In this document: positions 63,087-64,000 of the stretch, piece after piece
How positions within the stretch are numbered: the first letter of the stretch is position 1
Layout: each line of letters begins with the position of its first letter
Sequence record: PX880099.1
Reading direction: 5' to 3' (one strand)
Length of the DNA stretch: 64,000 nt
Source: a phage
Translations under genes and position numbers: made by a program
Notes under the pieces: model-generated
What the model was told of the DNA's origin: nothing
What the model saw: only the letters and a program-made list of their open reading frames with translations
Database searches by the model: none

Positions 63087-63091
63087 AATGC

Positions 63092-63121
63092 TTGCAATTG
63101 TATATCCTTTTGTGATAAGAT
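63092..63121 (+). promoter_or_regulatory. sigma70-like promoter (TTGCAA-17/18-TAAGAT)
   Basis: TTGCAA 63092-63097; GATAAGAT 63114-63121. Confidence 0.4.
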
Positions 63122-63142
63122 CAGATATGAGGAGGATAAAAT

Positions 63143-63313
63143 ATGCGCAATTTTGTAGTTAAAAATGATTTTAACCGTTCTTCTTATCATAAAGATAAAA
63201 AGAATGATTACACACGGGCTTGGAACTTGGAGGAAGAACTTTATGATGACAGAGAAGACGTGGGAAGAGATCCTAGCGGAGGCTCAACCAATGGAAGTGA
63301 AGAAGATAGTTAA
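63143..63313 (+). CDS. hypothetical acidic protein (56 aa)
   Basis: Strong SD GAGGAGG 6-7 nt before ATG 63143; below ORF-track cutoff. Confidence 0.4.
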   Translation: MRNFVVKNDFNRSSYHKDKKNDYTRAWNLEEELYDDREDVGRDPSGGSTNGSEEDS

Positions 63314-63380
63314 TAATGCCCCTTCTCTTCCTAAAATAAAATTTTATGAGGAAGCAGAAGATAATGAATCTAAAGACTAA
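63243..63380 (+). CDS. hypothetical protein (45 aa), alternative/overlapping frame
   Basis: SD GGAGGAAG 9 nt before ATGATG 63243; part of track ORF 63165..63380; overlaps 63143-63313. Confidence 0.3.
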   Translation: MMTEKTWEEILAEAQPMEVKKIVNNAPSLPKIKFYEEAEDNESKD

Positions 63381-63756
63381 AACTGTATTAGGTTTTGTTT
63401 TAATTGTTGTTCTTATTCTTACCGGAATGTTTGCTTATAACAAGATACGTGAGTCTGGCTACAAAGATGGTGTTGCCTATCAAACGCAATTATATCAAGC
63501 AGCCCAAGCAAAAGCAAAACAGGATTTTGATGTTCTTCAAAAAAGAGCCGATGAAGAAAGAGCATTATTAAATACTCAAATAAACAACTTGTCTAAAAAC
63601 AATGCACAATTAAAAGCAGATTTAGAGAAGAAGAAACAAACGATCAATGAGGATACAACGAATTATGCAAAAACTAATTCTGGCAGTATGTCTTGCTTTG
63701 CCCCTAATGATGACGGGTTGTTCATCATCAACAAAAGTTTCCCCAGTTCTTATTGA
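63346..63756 (+). CDS. i-spanin (Rz-like: N-terminal TM anchor + coiled coil)
   Basis: TM segment TVLGFVLIVVLILTGMFAY then charged coiled-coil region; the o-spanin gene is embedded in its 3' part; alternative start ATG 63364. Confidence 0.6.
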   Translation: MRKQKIMNLKTKTVLGFVLIVVLILTGMFAYNKIRESGYKDGVAYQTQLYQAAQAKAKQDFDVLQKRADEERALLNTQINNLSKNNAQLKADLEKKKQTINEDTTNYAKTNSGSMSCFAPNDDGLFIINKSFPSSY

Positions 63757-63991
63757 TGAGTGTAAGGCCGTAGCAATAGAAAAGGTTAGAGGTCCAGATT
63801 CTGATCTGATGGATAAAGTATCGACACCTGTGCCATACACTAAAAATCAAATTGCAAAAGGGGTTAGTAGATCTGAAGTTGTTAACAACCAAACTCAAAA
63901 CAATGCTCTTTGGGAGCAAGATAGACGAAAGGTTTTAGGTTTACAAACATATATTAAAACACTGCAAGAAAAAGGTATTATTGCTGAATAA
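63647..63991 (+). CDS. o-spanin (Rz1-like outer-membrane lipoprotein)
   Basis: Lipobox LAVCLALPLMMTGC; overlaps i-spanin 3' end in another frame; alternative start ATG 63665. Confidence 0.6.
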   Translation: MRIQRIMQKLILAVCLALPLMMTGCSSSTKVSPVLIDECKAVAIEKVRGPDSDLMDKVSTPVPYTKNQIAKGVSRSEVVNNQTQNNALWEQDRRKVLGLQTYIKTLQEKGIIAE

Positions 63992-64000
63992 GGAGGGAAT

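Noticed and set aside
1-64000. CRISPR array, rRNA genes, or prophage integration features (attachment sites, tyrosine integrase, repressor)
   Set aside because: No regularly spaced direct repeats with unique spacers, no rRNA-like conserved stretches, and no integrase/repressor module were seen; the serine recombinase alone does not establish a prophage

Overview
This 64-kb window looks like part of a large virulent tailed dsDNA phage genome (T4/T5-like gene content), not bacterial chromosome. All calls come from reading the sequence and the ORF translations by eye; no searches or folding programs were run, so family names rest on remembered motifs. Layout: (1) 1-2.9 kb, a higher-GC block of small rightward genes, each with a sigma70-like promoter and GC hairpins; (2) 2.9-4.4 kb, a 1.5-kb ORF-free A/C-rich region with inverted and direct repeats; (3) 4.4-22.3 kb, about 55 tightly packed small rightward early genes including two paralog families and a serine recombinase; (4) 22.3-58.2 kb, a leftward block with NrdAB, ThyX, glutaredoxin, a complete dTDP-L-rhamnose pathway (RmlBACD), PhoH, T4-type lysozyme, HslV-like peptidase, Sir2-like protein, two methyltransferase-like proteins, Ser/Thr phosphatase, DNA ligase, RdgC-like protein, exonucleases, and an RNA-repair module (Rnl1-like ligase, P-loop kinase, metallophosphoesterase); (5) 58.2-58.7 kb, a divergent AT-rich control region with GTACT iterons; (6) 58.7-64 kb, rightward genes with 16 tRNA genes, an HNH endonuclease and an overlapping spanin pair. 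Most interesting: the RNA-repair module, the rhamnose pathway, the Sir2-like gene pair, a type II tRNA with an Asn anticodon, a FEN-like gene with no canonical start codon, and three small proteins sharing a Ser/Cys C-terminal tail.
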